NCBI GenBank assembly: GCA_020633295.1
Contig: JACKDW010000001.1
Coordinates: 1,277,828 to 1,341,827 of the forward strand
Direction: 5' to 3'
DNA: 64,000 nucleotides
DNA from: Myxococcales bacterium
GTDB lineage: Bacteria; Myxococcota_A; Polyangia; Nannocystales; Nannocystaceae
How positions within the stretch are numbered: the stretch's first letter is position 1; each line of letters opens with the position of its first letter. The notes beneath the pieces are model-generated. The model saw nothing but the letters and a program-made list of their open reading frames with translations, was not told the DNA's origin and did no database searches. This document shows positions 12,517 to 22,607 of this stretch, piece by piece. The translations under genes were made by a program, and so were the position numbers.

Positions 12517-13617
12517 GTGCGCGCCCGCTCCCGCCTGATCACGCTGTCGCTGCGCTACCCCTTCGGGCTCTCGCGCAGCACCGACACGCGCCTGCCCACG
12601 GTGCTGTTTCGGCTCGGCGACTGCGGTCTCGGCGAGGCGCCGCCGGTGCGCTACCTCGGCCAGGATCCCGCGAGCGCGCCGCCGCTCTTGCAGGCGATGG
12701 CCGCAGGGGTCGACGCCCACAACCTCGAGGACCTCGAGCTGCACGCGGCGCGCGGGCGCGAGCTCGCGCCCGCGCACTCGTCGGCGCGCTCCGCCTTCGA
12801 CATCGCGCTCTGGGACGCTGCGGCGCGCCGTCGCGGGCTGCCGCTGCACGCCCACCTGACCGCCTTGGGCCTCGCGCCGCCGCTGCAGAGCGACAGCCAC
12901 GACGCTGCCGACGGCGACCACGACGAGCGCGCGCGCACGACCTACACGATCGCGCTCGACTCGCTCGCGGCCATGGAGACGCGCGCGACCACGGCCGCCG
13001 CAGCCGGGCTGCCGCTGCTCAAGATCAAGCTCGGGCGCGATCCGAGCTTCGACGTCGAGGCGGTTCGACGGATCCGCGCGGCCGCGCCTGACGCGACGCT
13101 GCGCGTCGACGTCAACGGCGGCTGGGCCGTGCCCCTCGCCGACGCGCTCGCGCTGTGCCGCGCGCTCGCGGAGCTCGGCGTCGAGCTCATCGAGCAACCT
13201 CTGCCGATCGGCGCGATCGAGCAGACCGCGCGCCTGCGTCGCGCGTCGCCAGTGCCGATCATCGCCGACGAGGACGCCCAGGATCGCCGCTCGCTCGCGG
13301 CGCTGCGCGAGCACGACGCGGTCGACGGCATCAACCTCAAGCTCTCGAAGTGCGGCGGCGTCAGCGAGGCGCTGGCGATGATCTCCGTCGCGCGCGCCCA
13401 GGGCTGGAGGATCCTCCTCGGCTGCATGGTCGAGACGCGCGTCGGGCTGTCGGCCGCGGCCCAGCTCGCCGCGCTGGTCGACGACTTCGATCTCGACGCG
13501 CACATGCTGACGACCGACGACCCCGTGGCCCCGGGCAGCGTGCCGCCGGCGCGCTGGTCCGCTCGCCTGCCGCGGCTCGACGGACCCGGGATCGGCGCGC
13601 CGCTCGACCTCCTGTGA
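12517..13617 (+). CDS. Enolase-superfamily enzyme (MR/MLE subgroup; dipeptide epimerase / o-succinylbenzoate synthase-like)
   Basis: The capping domain is followed by a barrel with KIKLG…VDVNGGW…IEQP…DEDAQ…KLSKCGG metal-ligand and catalytic Lys motifs. GTG start. Confidence 0.75.
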   Translation: MRARSRLITLSLRYPFGLSRSTDTRLPTVLFRLGDCGLGEAPPVRYLGQDPASAPPLLQAMAAGVDAHNLEDLELHAARGRELAPAHSSARSAFDIALWDAAARRRGLPLHAHLTALGLAPPLQSDSHDAADGDHDERARTTYTIALDSLAAMETRATTAAAAGLPLLKIKLGRDPSFDVEAVRRIRAAAPDATLRVDVNGGWAVPLADALALCRALAELGVELIEQPLPIGAIEQTARLRRASPVPIIADEDAQDRRSLAALREHDAVDGINLKLSKCGGVSEALAMISVARAQGWRILLGCMVETRVGLSAAAQLAALVDDFDLDAHMLTTDDPVAPGSVPPARWSARLPRLDGPGIGAPLDLL

Positions 13618-13630
13618 GAACCGGAGCGCG

Positions 13631-13720
13631 AACCCGGAGAGACCCGGAGCGACCCGGAGCGACCCGGAGCGACCCGGAGCGACCCGGAGAGACCCGGAGA
13701 GACCCGGAGAGTAACCCGGA
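13631..13720. repeat. Tandem mini-satellite, 10-bp unit GACCCGGAG(C/A) x ~9
   Basis: Read directly between the epimerase stop and the dynamin-like gene start. Degenerate tail gtaacccggagagtgaccccggg. Confidence 0.95.
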
Positions 13721-13780
13721 GAGTGACCCCGGGAAATTGGACGCGCGCGCCCCCGGAGCGCATCCTCGCAGCCTCAGGAC

Positions 13781-15568
13781 ATGGACTTCGTCTCCCCGCC
13801 CATCGCCGAGCTCCTGACGGCCGAGCGCGCGCTGCTGCAGCGGCTCCACGGGCTGCTCGAGGCCGACGCCGAGGCGCCGCCCGAGACCACCCGCGCGATC
13901 GCGGACATCACCCGGCAGCTCGACCGGCTGTTCCTCGTCATCTTCGTCGGCGAGTTCAACGCCGGCAAGTCGACCGTCGTCAACGCGCTGCTCGGCGACG
14001 CGGTGATGGAGGAGGGGCCGGTGCCGACCACCGACATGATCACGGTGCTGCGCCACGGGCCCGCGCGCGCCGACCGGACCGTGTCGGAGGACCTGCGCGA
14101 GCGCCTGCACCCAGCCGCGCTGCTGCAGCACGTCGACCTCGTCGACACGCCGGGCACGAACTCGATCATCCGGCGCCACCAGACGCTGACCGAGCAGTTC
14201 ATCCCGCGCGCCGACTTGGTGCTGTTCGTGACCTCCTACGACCGCCCGCTGAGCGAGTCGGAGCACCAGTTCCTCAAGTTCATGCGCGAGGTCTGGGGTC
14301 GGCGGCTCGTGTTCGTGCTCAACAAGGTCGACCTCGCGCGCGGCGACGCGAGCAAGCTCGAGCTGGTGCTGCAGCACATCCGCCGCGGCTGCGAGGAGCT
14401 CATGGGCTTCGCGCCGCGGATCTTCCCGGTCAGCGCCGAGCTCGCGCTCGCGGCCAAGTCGGCTGACAAGCAGTCGGTCCACGACGCGCTGTGGCAGCAG
14501 AGCCAGTTCGCGCCGCTGCAGGACTTCATCCACGACACGCTCACGGGCCCCCAGCGCATGCGCCTGAAGCTGATCGCGCCGCTCGACGCCGCCAGCCGCC
14601 AGCTCGACGCGGCCGGCGAGCGCCTCGCCGGCCGCGAGCGCGGCCTGGCGCGGGACGAGGCCAACCTCGGCGAGCTGCAGCGGCGCCTCGACGAGACGCG
14701 CGCGAGCCTGCGCGACGGCTACAAGGCGAACCTCGACTCCATCGACAACCTCATGCTCGAGCTGGACCGCCGCGGCGTCCGCTTCCTCGACGAGACGATC
14801 CGCCCGAGCAACCTCGGGCTCCTGCGCGACCAGGAGCGCTTCAAGCGGGAGTTCGAGAGCGCGGTGGTGCGCAAGCTCGACGCCCGCCTCGAGGGCAAGG
14901 TCGGCGAGACCATCGATCGGCTGCTGCAGCAGGCCTACGGGCTGTGGGAGCAGGTCCTGCGTGAATTCGCCGAGCGCGCGCGCGCGACCGGGCGCGCCGA
15001 GGCGGCTCCGCGCGGCTCGCTCGACTACAACCGCGCCAACGTGTTCGAGGCGATGAAGCGCGAGACCGACGCGCAGCTGACCGTGCACGACCTCGGCGAG
15101 GAGGCGCGGCGCCTCCTCGCGGGCGCCCAGGAGGCCGCCGCGACCTTCCGCAACGTGCAGATCGGCGCGGCCGGCCTCGGCATCATCGGCACGGTGCTGA
15201 TCGTGACGACCGCGCTCGACCTGCTCGGCGGCCTCGGGCTGCTGACGGGCGGCGCCGCGGCGGTGCTCGGCTTCACCGTGCTGCCGCGTCAGCGTCGCCG
15301 GGCGATCCGCGACTTCCAGCGCCGCGTCAGCCGGCTGCGCGAGGAGCTGCGCGAGGCGCTGGCGGCCCAGCTCGACGTCGAGATCGACAAGGTGCTCGGC
15401 CGCATCGACGGGACGACCAAGCCCTACCGCGAGATGGTCGAGCGCGAGCTCAAGGCGCTCAAGACGGCGCGCGCCGACCACGACGAGCTCGCCGCGGAGC
15501 TGCGCCGCCTGCAGGCGCGCGTCGACGAGCTCGCGCCCGCGACCGGCGACGACGAGTCGCTGCGCTGA
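13781..15568 (+). CDS. Bacterial dynamin-like GTPase with a membrane paddle
   Basis: P-loop GEFNAGKST, DTPG and NKVD G-motifs, long coiled-coil stalk, and a C-proximal hydrophobic hairpin IGAAGLGIIGTVLIVTTALDLLGGLGLLTGGAAAVLG. Confidence 0.75.
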   Translation: MDFVSPPIAELLTAERALLQRLHGLLEADAEAPPETTRAIADITRQLDRLFLVIFVGEFNAGKSTVVNALLGDAVMEEGPVPTTDMITVLRHGPARADRTVSEDLRERLHPAALLQHVDLVDTPGTNSIIRRHQTLTEQFIPRADLVLFVTSYDRPLSESEHQFLKFMREVWGRRLVFVLNKVDLARGDASKLELVLQHIRRGCEELMGFAPRIFPVSAELALAAKSADKQSVHDALWQQSQFAPLQDFIHDTLTGPQRMRLKLIAPLDAASRQLDAAGERLAGRERGLARDEANLGELQRRLDETRASLRDGYKANLDSIDNLMLELDRRGVRFLDETIRPSNLGLLRDQERFKREFESAVVRKLDARLEGKVGETIDRLLQQAYGLWEQVLREFAERARATGRAEAAPRGSLDYNRANVFEAMKRETDAQLTVHDLGEEARRLLAGAQEAAATFRNVQIGAAGLGIIGTVLIVTTALDLLGGLGLLTGGAAAVLGFTVLPRQRRRAIRDFQRRVSRLREELREALAAQLDVEIDKVLGRIDGTTKPYREMVERELKALKTARADHDELAAELRRLQARVDELAPATGDDESLR

Positions 15569-15689
15569 GGCGCGCGATCACCTGTCCAAAAAGACGTGAC
15601 TATCGCGCGCCGCCTCCACGACCGCGAGCGGCGTCGCGACCCGTGGCCACGACGCCGCGCGCTCGATCCGAGATGAAAGCGACCGCGCG

Positions 15690-16874
15690 CTACGGGCACG
15701 GGAACAGGGCGTCGAGCGCCGCGATCCCGCCCATGATCTCGTCCCCCGAGGGGTTGTCGTTCGCCAGCAGGCTCGTGTAGATCCCCGCGTTCCCGGCGTC
15801 CGTGTCCTCCGCGGGCTTGATCAGGCCCTGGCCGGCCGTCTGCACGAAGGCCCAGTTCGCGTCGGCCTCGGACCCGCAGAGCCCGAACTGATCGGCCATC
15901 CGCTCGCGCACGACGAGCGCGAGCGCGTGGTTGTTGGCCTGGTCGAGCTGCGCCTTGCCGTAGCCGTAGAGCGGATCGTTGACGTCACCGTCCTCGGTCG
16001 ACATGTAGCCGTTTCGCCAGCAGCGCATCGCCGCGAGGCCGTCGAACACGCGCTGGTTCGCCTGCGAGCTGATCTGCTTGACGAAGCCGCCGAAGCCGAT
16101 CGCGCCGCCGGCCTGCTGACCGCCGCCGTAGTAGCCCCAGGCCGCGTCGCAGTCGCCCGAGTAGTCGGCCGGCGGACAGCTGAAGGTCGCCTCCTTGATG
16201 ACCGAGAGGTAGAGGAACCACGTGATCGCGCCCTCGACCTTGGCGGCGTTGACCATCGGGTCGCCCACGCCGTTCTGCCCGTCGTCGAAGGCCTGGTTGA
16301 TGATCGGCTGGATCTTCATCGGGCCCGCGCAGCGATCGGGGTACTGCTCGCGCAGCTCGAGGACCGTGCACTGCTTGTCGAATTCGACGCCCGCGTCCTG
16401 CTCGGACTCGGGGATGTTCGGGTAGTGCACGTCCTCACGACGCGAGAGGCGCGACTCGAGGCCCTGGGGCAGCGAGTACTGATCGCGCGCCGCGGTGAAG
16501 TCCGTGGGCGTGAGCCCCGCGTTGAAGATCACCATGATCTCCTCGAAGGCCTCGGTGCGCGCCGCGGCGCTGGGCTGCTCGAACGGGTGATACGTCCCGT
16601 CGTCGTTCTCGCACGCCGGCCACACGTCGTCGGCGGAGCCGTTCACGGTCGGCATGTAGTCGTTGGCGTCCGCCTGGCACGCGCTCTCGTCGAGCGGCGC
16701 GCTCGTCGGGTCCTCGTCGGCGCACCCGCCCGCCGTCGTGCCGTTGGTGCTCTCGGAGCCGTCCGAGTCCGACCCCGCGGTCGTGTCGGTGTCCGAGTCG
16801 CCGCACGCGGCCAGGACCAGCGCGCACAAAACCCCCAGGGAGGACCGAAGAATCTGATTTTTATCAAGTCGCAT
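15690..16874 (-). CDS. Secreted lipoprotein, function unknown
   Basis: Lipobox LVLAACGDS, then a Ser/Thr/Asp-rich linker and a Cys-containing globular domain. Confidence 0.7.
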   Translation of the reverse strand: MRLDKNQILRSSLGVLCALVLAACGDSDTDTTAGSDSDGSESTNGTTAGGCADEDPTSAPLDESACQADANDYMPTVNGSADDVWPACENDDGTYHPFEQPSAAARTEAFEEIMVIFNAGLTPTDFTAARDQYSLPQGLESRLSRREDVHYPNIPESEQDAGVEFDKQCTVLELREQYPDRCAGPMKIQPIINQAFDDGQNGVGDPMVNAAKVEGAITWFLYLSVIKEATFSCPPADYSGDCDAAWGYYGGGQQAGGAIGFGGFVKQISSQANQRVFDGLAAMRCWRNGYMSTEDGDVNDPLYGYGKAQLDQANNHALALVVRERMADQFGLCGSEADANWAFVQTAGQGLIKPAEDTDAGNAGIYTSLLANDNPSGDEIMGGIAALDALFPCP

Positions 16875-17208
16875 CGCCCCTTACATTTCACAAGCGCCGG
16901 GCGACAACAACGGGAGAGACCCTCGCTCTCACGGGGGGTTCCACGCGTCCACAGCGTCATCGTGCAATATGCCTCGGATGGACCACAGCAATTTCAACCT
17001 GTCGACATGACCAGAAATGCCCCCTGCCGCGCGAGGTGTTTCGCGGCCGGCTCGCGGCGCGCGCGAGCGAGCGCCGCAGCGCGCGAGCGTCCGTCGAGCC
17101 GCCGACGCCGCGATCGGAAGATGTTCGAAAGAACATCCCGCATCCGCGCGGCGCGACGAGACCGAGAGACGCGCGCACGCGCGGCGAGCTCGCGGTCCCT
17201 GTCGCGGA

Positions 17209-19614
17209 CTAGAAGCCGATCTGCACCTCGGCCATGAGCCCGCGCCCAGGCCCGTTCACGCTCGATCCGTGGTGGCGGTAGGCGGTGTCGAGGATGTTCT
17301 CGAAGGTCAGGCCGACGAGGATGTAGGGATCGAAGCGGTACCCGCCGCGGATGTCGAGCACGACGTAGCCAGGCGTGCCGCCGTCGGGGATCCGCGCGTC
17401 CTTGCCGTCCTGGGGCGCGAGCCGGGTCTGCGCCAGCGCCCACCGGACGACCCCGACCGCGTACGCGCCAAACCGCTTGCTGCGCCACCCCAGCTCGCCG
17501 ATGCCGTTGAGCGGCGGGATCCTCGACAGCGGCACGCGAGCGGGCTCGAGCGGCCGCCCGGCGTTGGGGTTGGCGCCCTCGCCCCACGCGTACGAGATCG
17601 TCGCGCGCGCGCCGAGGTCCAGCGGCAGGTAGAGCCGCACGCCGCCCTCGGCGCCCATCACGACCGCGAGCTCGTCGTAGTTGATCAGCTGCCAGCGGTT
17701 GCGCGACGCGAGGCAGCCCAGGTCGCCCTCGGGGCACTCCTCGAGCTCGCGGGAGGTCCGCTGGATCAGGTCGCGGATGGTCGTGCGATAGACGTGGGCG
17801 TCGAGCTCGATCCACGGGTGACGGACGAGGCCGCCGAGCTCAAGGGACAGCGAGCGCTCGGGCTTCAGGTCCGCGTTCTCGTACTGAAACCCCGGGCCGA
17901 TCTGCTGGCGCGAGGTCAGGTCGTCGAGGTTGGGCGCGCGGAACCCCTGGTCGACGTTGAACACGAAGGTGAGCCACTCGGTCGCGTCGCCGGCGATCCC
18001 GACGTTGCCGATGAGCGCCTCCCAGTGTCGATCGACCGGCTCCGACGCGGTCTCGGGCTCGCCGTCGGCCTGGGCCACGACGAGCGCGCCGCGGCCCCCG
18101 GCCTTGAGGCGGACGCGATCGACGAACTCGGTGTGCGCCTCGGCCCACACGCCCGAGGTCAGGTACTGGGCGCCGTCGAGGTACTGCCCGCGCGGCTGCG
18201 TCGACGTGATCCCCGTGCTCGTGTAGACGAGATCGAGGCTGCTCGAGATCCGATCGTAGTAGGCGTCGACGCCGTAGCGGACGCCGAAGGTGACCCAGGG
18301 CGCGAGCGCGAACTCCTTGGTGTCCAGCTTGAGCGCGATCCCGGCGCTGTTGACGTTGTCCTCGCCGTCGAGCTCGGTCGGCGAGCTCGAGCCGCGGTCC
18401 TCCTGGCGCAGCTCGTGCTGTCGTTGATACGACAGCGAAAGCCGCACGCGCTCCGCCGGCGACGGCCCGTGGCTGTGATCGTAGGCGCCGTACGCGAGCG
18501 TGCGGAACTGGTGCAGGTACGTGAGGCACTCATCCTGGGGCGCCGTCGGCGGCGGACACTTGTCCGTGCGCGGCGCGTCGAGCTGGCGATAGTCGTAGTA
18601 GCCGAGCGTGAAGCGGTGCTTGCGGCTCATCCGCCACACGAGCCGCGCGTCGTCGGTGACCTCGCGAAAGCCGGTGCCGAGCTGCGTCTTCTCGTCGTCT
18701 TCGAACACCGGGGGGACCGTCTGCGGCTCGCCGGTCCCGGGCGCGATGATCCGTCCGCCCGAGCGCAAGAGCCCGAGATCGCGGTAGCCGGCGCCGACCA
18801 GCAGCCCGAGCTTGCCGCCCAGGGACACCGAGGTCTGCGCGCGCCCGCCGGCCTGGCTGTCGGCGGTCGCGAAGCGCACGATCCCGCGGCCGTGGACCGC
18901 GACTTTCTTCTCGAGGTCCAGCGTCGGCTCGACGGGCGTCGCGAGCAGCACGCCGCCGAGCGCGTCGGCGCCCCACCGCGTCGAGCCGCTCCCGCGGATC
19001 ACCTCGAGCTGCTGAATCGAGCGCGAGTCGATGGTGAAGAAGTACTGGTTGGGCCCCTGGCGGAACGTGCTGTTGTTCAGGCGCACGCCGTCGAAGAACA
19101 TCACCGTCTGCTGCCCCGTGAGCCCGCGCAGGTACGGCGAGGCCTGGGAGTGCGCGGTCTGCTGAATGTAGACGCCGGGCTCGCCGCGCAGCGCGTCGGG
19201 GGTCGAGCGGGGCTGTCGCTCATCGAGCTCCGCCCGCGTCACGACGGAGCTCGCCCGGTCTGGCTCGCTCGGACGCGGGCGGCGCGGCTCGACGACGATC
19301 GTCCGCACCTCCACCCCGTCGTCATCGTCGTCGTCGTCCGCGTCGCGCTCGGTCTCCTCGCGCTCCGGCTTGCGCGCGGGCTCCTCGCGCGCGGGCTCCT
19401 CGCGCACAGGCTCTGGCCCCTCACGCTCGAGCTCCGACGGCTTCGACTCGACCGGCCCCTCCGGAGCGCGTCCGTCTCCGGACGCGCTCGCTGGGCCCAT
19501 GAACAGCAGGTATGCAGACGCGCAGGCAATGGTTCCGAGCGTCGAAGCCACGTTCCTCCGCTCCGCAGAACCTCGATCGTCACCGAGGTTCAAAATTTCC
19601 CGCGTAGCAGACAA
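17209..19614 (-). CDS. TonB-dependent outer-membrane receptor
   Basis: Signal peptide, plug domain, beta-barrel, and a C-terminal …AEVQIGF aromatic terminus. Unusual acidic N-terminal extension (EEPAREEPAR…DADDDDDDD). Confidence 0.85.
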   Translation of the reverse strand: MSATREILNLGDDRGSAERRNVASTLGTIACASAYLLFMGPASASGDGRAPEGPVESKPSELEREGPEPVREEPAREEPARKPEREETERDADDDDDDDGVEVRTIVVEPRRPRPSEPDRASSVVTRAELDERQPRSTPDALRGEPGVYIQQTAHSQASPYLRGLTGQQTVMFFDGVRLNNSTFRQGPNQYFFTIDSRSIQQLEVIRGSGSTRWGADALGGVLLATPVEPTLDLEKKVAVHGRGIVRFATADSQAGGRAQTSVSLGGKLGLLVGAGYRDLGLLRSGGRIIAPGTGEPQTVPPVFEDDEKTQLGTGFREVTDDARLVWRMSRKHRFTLGYYDYRQLDAPRTDKCPPPTAPQDECLTYLHQFRTLAYGAYDHSHGPSPAERVRLSLSYQRQHELRQEDRGSSSPTELDGEDNVNSAGIALKLDTKEFALAPWVTFGVRYGVDAYYDRISSSLDLVYTSTGITSTQPRGQYLDGAQYLTSGVWAEAHTEFVDRVRLKAGGRGALVVAQADGEPETASEPVDRHWEALIGNVGIAGDATEWLTFVFNVDQGFRAPNLDDLTSRQQIGPGFQYENADLKPERSLSLELGGLVRHPWIELDAHVYRTTIRDLIQRTSRELEECPEGDLGCLASRNRWQLINYDELAVVMGAEGGVRLYLPLDLGARATISYAWGEGANPNAGRPLEPARVPLSRIPPLNGIGELGWRSKRFGAYAVGVVRWALAQTRLAPQDGKDARIPDGGTPGYVVLDIRGGYRFDPYILVGLTFENILDTAYRHHGSSVNGPGRGLMAEVQIGF

Positions 19615-20040
19615 CGGGCGTCAGCACCCTGTCAAGCCCCCACGCGCGTGGCGTCGCGCGGCGTCATCGAGTGAATCCACCTGCGCTGATCCAGGTGTAT
19701 ACCCGATCGCCAATTGCGCGGCCGCGGCGCGACCCGCTCGAGCGACGAACAATCCCCTTCACTTCGCGGGTCGGGCGTCGACCGCTCGGTGATTCCGCAC
19801 CCGCGATCGAGGCGCGCGAACGTGCGAGGAGGAGCGCCCGAGGTGCAGCTTCGCACACCGGTTGAGTTGAACAACACGAGCGCGAAGACCACGCGCGACG
19901 CCGTGGTCGCGGGACGTGTGCACGGCGAGCGCCGCGGGCGGGCGAGACGCTGCGCCTGCTCCTTCAGACAGCAGCGAGCCGGCGCTCGGATGAGCGCGTC
20001 AGCCCGATCGCCGCGACGTACGCGGCGGCGCGTGAGCTCG

Positions 20041-20751
20041 CTAGCCAGCGCGACCGACCAGCGCCTGCTCGCCCCGCAGCCGTCGGGCCAGGCGCGCCGC
20101 CGCGATCAGCGTGATCACGAGCACCGCGATCGCGAGCACCAGCAGCAGCGCGATGACGCCGTCGCCGAGCGCGTCGCCGCCAGCCCGCAGGGTCAGCAGC
20201 GGGAAGTCGTAGAGGCCGTGCAGGAAGATCGGCAGCGGCAGCGCCAGGATCAGCGCGCGCCCTTCGAAGCGGCTGCGCGCGACCCCGTAGCCGAGCAGCG
20301 CGCCGAGGGCCGCGTGACACGGCACCGCCGTCAGCGCGCGCACGACCGCGAGCCCGATGCCGCCGGTCGCCACGTACAGCACGTTCTCGAGGGCGGCGAA
20401 GCCGAGCGAGGCCGTGGCGCCGTAGACCAGGCCGTCCATGGGCTCGTCGAACGCGCTGTGCCGGCGCACGTAGAGCGCGAGCACGAGGAACTTGCACAGC
20501 TCCTCCGGGATCGCGGCGAACACGAAGGCGTCCATGGCCCCGAGCACGAAGGGGTCCTGGCTCACGGTCGCGAACGCGGCCTGCAGCGCGAGCACGTACG
20601 CGGCCACCGGGATCACCGTGAGCACGCCGAGCCCGAAGGTCGCTAGCACGACGCGGCCGGGCTCGGGGTAGCGATCGCTGAAGTAGAACACCAGCAGCAG
20701 CACGAGCGCGGGGAGGACCGCGGTCAGCAGCAGCACGAGCAGGTTGGACAT
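20041..20751 (-). CDS. prsW: PrsW-family intramembrane metalloprotease
   Basis: Multi-TM protein with EELCKF (EExxK) and a conserved FxxxH-like region. Lies 17 bp downstream of the ARH gene. Confidence 0.65.
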   Translation of the reverse strand: MSNLLVLLLTAVLPALVLLLVFYFSDRYPEPGRVVLATFGLGVLTVIPVAAYVLALQAAFATVSQDPFVLGAMDAFVFAAIPEELCKFLVLALYVRRHSAFDEPMDGLVYGATASLGFAALENVLYVATGGIGLAVVRALTAVPCHAALGALLGYGVARSRFEGRALILALPLPIFLHGLYDFPLLTLRAGGDALGDGVIALLLVLAIAVLVITLIAAARLARRLRGEQALVGRAG

Positions 20752-20768
20752 CGCGTGGCTCCTCCGCG

Positions 20769-22451
20769 TCAGTCGCCGAACAGCGAGAGCTGCGCGTCGG
20801 CCTCGGGCTCAGGTTCGGCTTCGCTCGCGCTGGGCTTCGCGGCTGCCTCGGGCATCTCGGGCTTCTCGGGCTTCTCGGGCTTCTCGGCTGCCTCGGGCTT
20901 CTCGGCCTTCGCGGCGCCGGCGGGCTTCGCCGCGCGCTCGGGCTTGGCGACGCGCTCGGGCTCGCCGGCGCGCGTGGGCTCGGCGCTCGTTGGCTTCGCC
21001 GCGCGCGCGGACCTCCCACCTGGCGCGGGCTTCGCCGACGCGGCCTTGACCCCGCGGCGCGGGCCCTGCTTCGCGGGCGCGCTCGGCCGCGCGTCGTCGT
21101 TGTCTTTGTCCTCGTCCTCATCGAAGACGAAGTCGGCGAGCGGGCTGGCGAACGGGCCCGAGCCGCCGAGGCGCGCCGGCGGGTCCTCGTCCTCGTCCTC
21201 GGCGGTGTCGGTGTCGAAGCCGGGATCGAGGGAGAACTTGCTGCCTGGCCCAAAGCCCAGGCCGAGCGGGCGCGGCTTGAACTTCGGGCGCTCCTTCGCG
21301 AACGGCTCGATCAGCTTCGTGGTCCACGCGCGCTCGAGCTCGACCAGCGACCGCGCCGGTCGCCACCCGCGGGCGCGCTGGACCATGGGCGGCACCCGAT
21401 CGTCAAACGCCCCGCGCGCGACCAGGTCCTCGAGCCACTCCGAGGGCACCGCGCCGAAGCCGAACGCGGCGCCGACCATCGAGCCCACCATCGCGCCGGT
21501 CGTGTCGGCGTCGCCGCCGAGGTTGACCGTGTCGAGGATGCCGTCGAACAGGCTGCGCGCCGTGAGCGTCATGTACAGCGACGCGATGACCGAGGCGACG
21601 GAGTAGCCCGACGTCGCGAACACGCGCCGGTCGGCGGTCTCGTTGGCGATCTTGGCGATGCCCGCGAGCGCCTGGCGACGCTTGCGATCGAACAGGCTGA
21701 GCGCGCGCCGCAGCGAGCTCGAGAACGTGCGGTCTGGGCTCGCGCCGCGCACGAGGCCGCGGTCGGACGCGCGCTCGTGCACGCGCGTCTCGATGTCGAT
21801 GACGAACTCGAGCAGGTCCGTCAGCTCGAGGCCGTCGAAGCCGCCCTCCTGCAGGCCGTGGGCCGTGACGAACGCGACCGCGGCGGCGCTGCCGACCCCG
21901 CAGGTGCTGTGCTGCTTGACCAGCGAGATGTCGATCACGCGCGCGCTCAGGGTCGCCAGGTCGTCGCGCCAGTACCAGGCCGCCGGCGCGATCAGCATGG
22001 CGTTGCCGTTGCCCGCGGACGGCTGGGACGCGCCGTACACACCGGCGCCCTCCTCGAGCTTGAGCACCGTGGTCCGGAAGTTGCGACCGGTCCCGCGGTG
22101 GTGCCCGAACATGTCGCGATCCTTGGGACCGTCGGTGTACAGCTCCACGAGCCCGCGCGCGAAGCCGACCGCGGGCGCGTCGGGGTCCTCGAGGATCGCG
22201 TCGCACAGCGCGATCGCCTGCTGCCCGTCGTCGGAGTGGAGCCCGCGCGGCCTGGGGCTCCAGCCCATGTTCTCCTCCATCATGGCGAGCACGCCGTAGC
22301 GCCGCTGGATCTTGCCCGGAGACCAGCCCTCGATGGGGCACCCCAGCGCGTCGCCGATCAGCAGGCCGTAGAGCGAGCCGCGGATCCGATCCGTGAGCAC
22401 GCTCGCGCTCGGACCGGTGTGGGTGCCGTCTGTCTGTGTCGTGGTCGTCAC
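20769..22451 (-). CDS. ADP-ribosylglycohydrolase (DraG/ARH family) with a Lys/Pro/Ala/Glu-rich C-terminal tail
   Basis: RIRGSLYGLLIGDALGCPIEG and the rest of the ARH fold. The C-terminal ~130 aa is low-complexity (AKPERAAKPAGAAKAEKPEAAEKPEKPEKPEMPE…LSLFGD). GTG start. Confidence 0.75.
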   Translation of the reverse strand: MTTTTQTDGTHTGPSASVLTDRIRGSLYGLLIGDALGCPIEGWSPGKIQRRYGVLAMMEENMGWSPRPRGLHSDDGQQAIALCDAILEDPDAPAVGFARGLVELYTDGPKDRDMFGHHRGTGRNFRTTVLKLEEGAGVYGASQPSAGNGNAMLIAPAAWYWRDDLATLSARVIDISLVKQHSTCGVGSAAAVAFVTAHGLQEGGFDGLELTDLLEFVIDIETRVHERASDRGLVRGASPDRTFSSSLRRALSLFDRKRRQALAGIAKIANETADRRVFATSGYSVASVIASLYMTLTARSLFDGILDTVNLGGDADTTGAMVGSMVGAAFGFGAVPSEWLEDLVARGAFDDRVPPMVQRARGWRPARSLVELERAWTTKLIEPFAKERPKFKPRPLGLGFGPGSKFSLDPGFDTDTAEDEDEDPPARLGGSGPFASPLADFVFDEDEDKDNDDARPSAPAKQGPRRGVKAASAKPAPGGRSARAAKPTSAEPTRAGEPERVAKPERAAKPAGAAKAEKPEAAEKPEKPEKPEMPEAAAKPSASEAEPEPEADAQLSLFGD

Positions 22452-22607
22452 GAGCGCGTCGCCTTCTGCCCGGCGCCGCCGGGAATCGCTGGCAGAGTAC
22501 GTAAACCCGCGCCCGCTGACGAGCCCCGCCGCGCGGGCGCGCGCGAAAACAGCGAGCGCGCGGTCGAGCGCCCGCAGCGCGAGCGCGGCGCTGATTTATA
22601 GTCGGCG

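Noticed and set aside
12324-13091. ORF beginning MCPDDLPDDLPDD… that reads through the 12-bp satellite
   Set aside because: It is only the tandem repeat translated. It has no start context and overlaps the epimerase gene in another frame.
12331-13720. Possible CRISPR array
   Set aside because: The repeats are perfectly tandem with no spacers, the units are 10-12 bp, and there are no cas genes. These are mini-satellites, not CRISPR.
19615-20040. Riboswitch, Fur box or TonB-box leader upstream of the TonB-dependent receptor
   Set aside because: I scanned the minus-strand leader. No B12 box, TPP or Fur-box consensus was recognisable. There is only a weak TTGACA.
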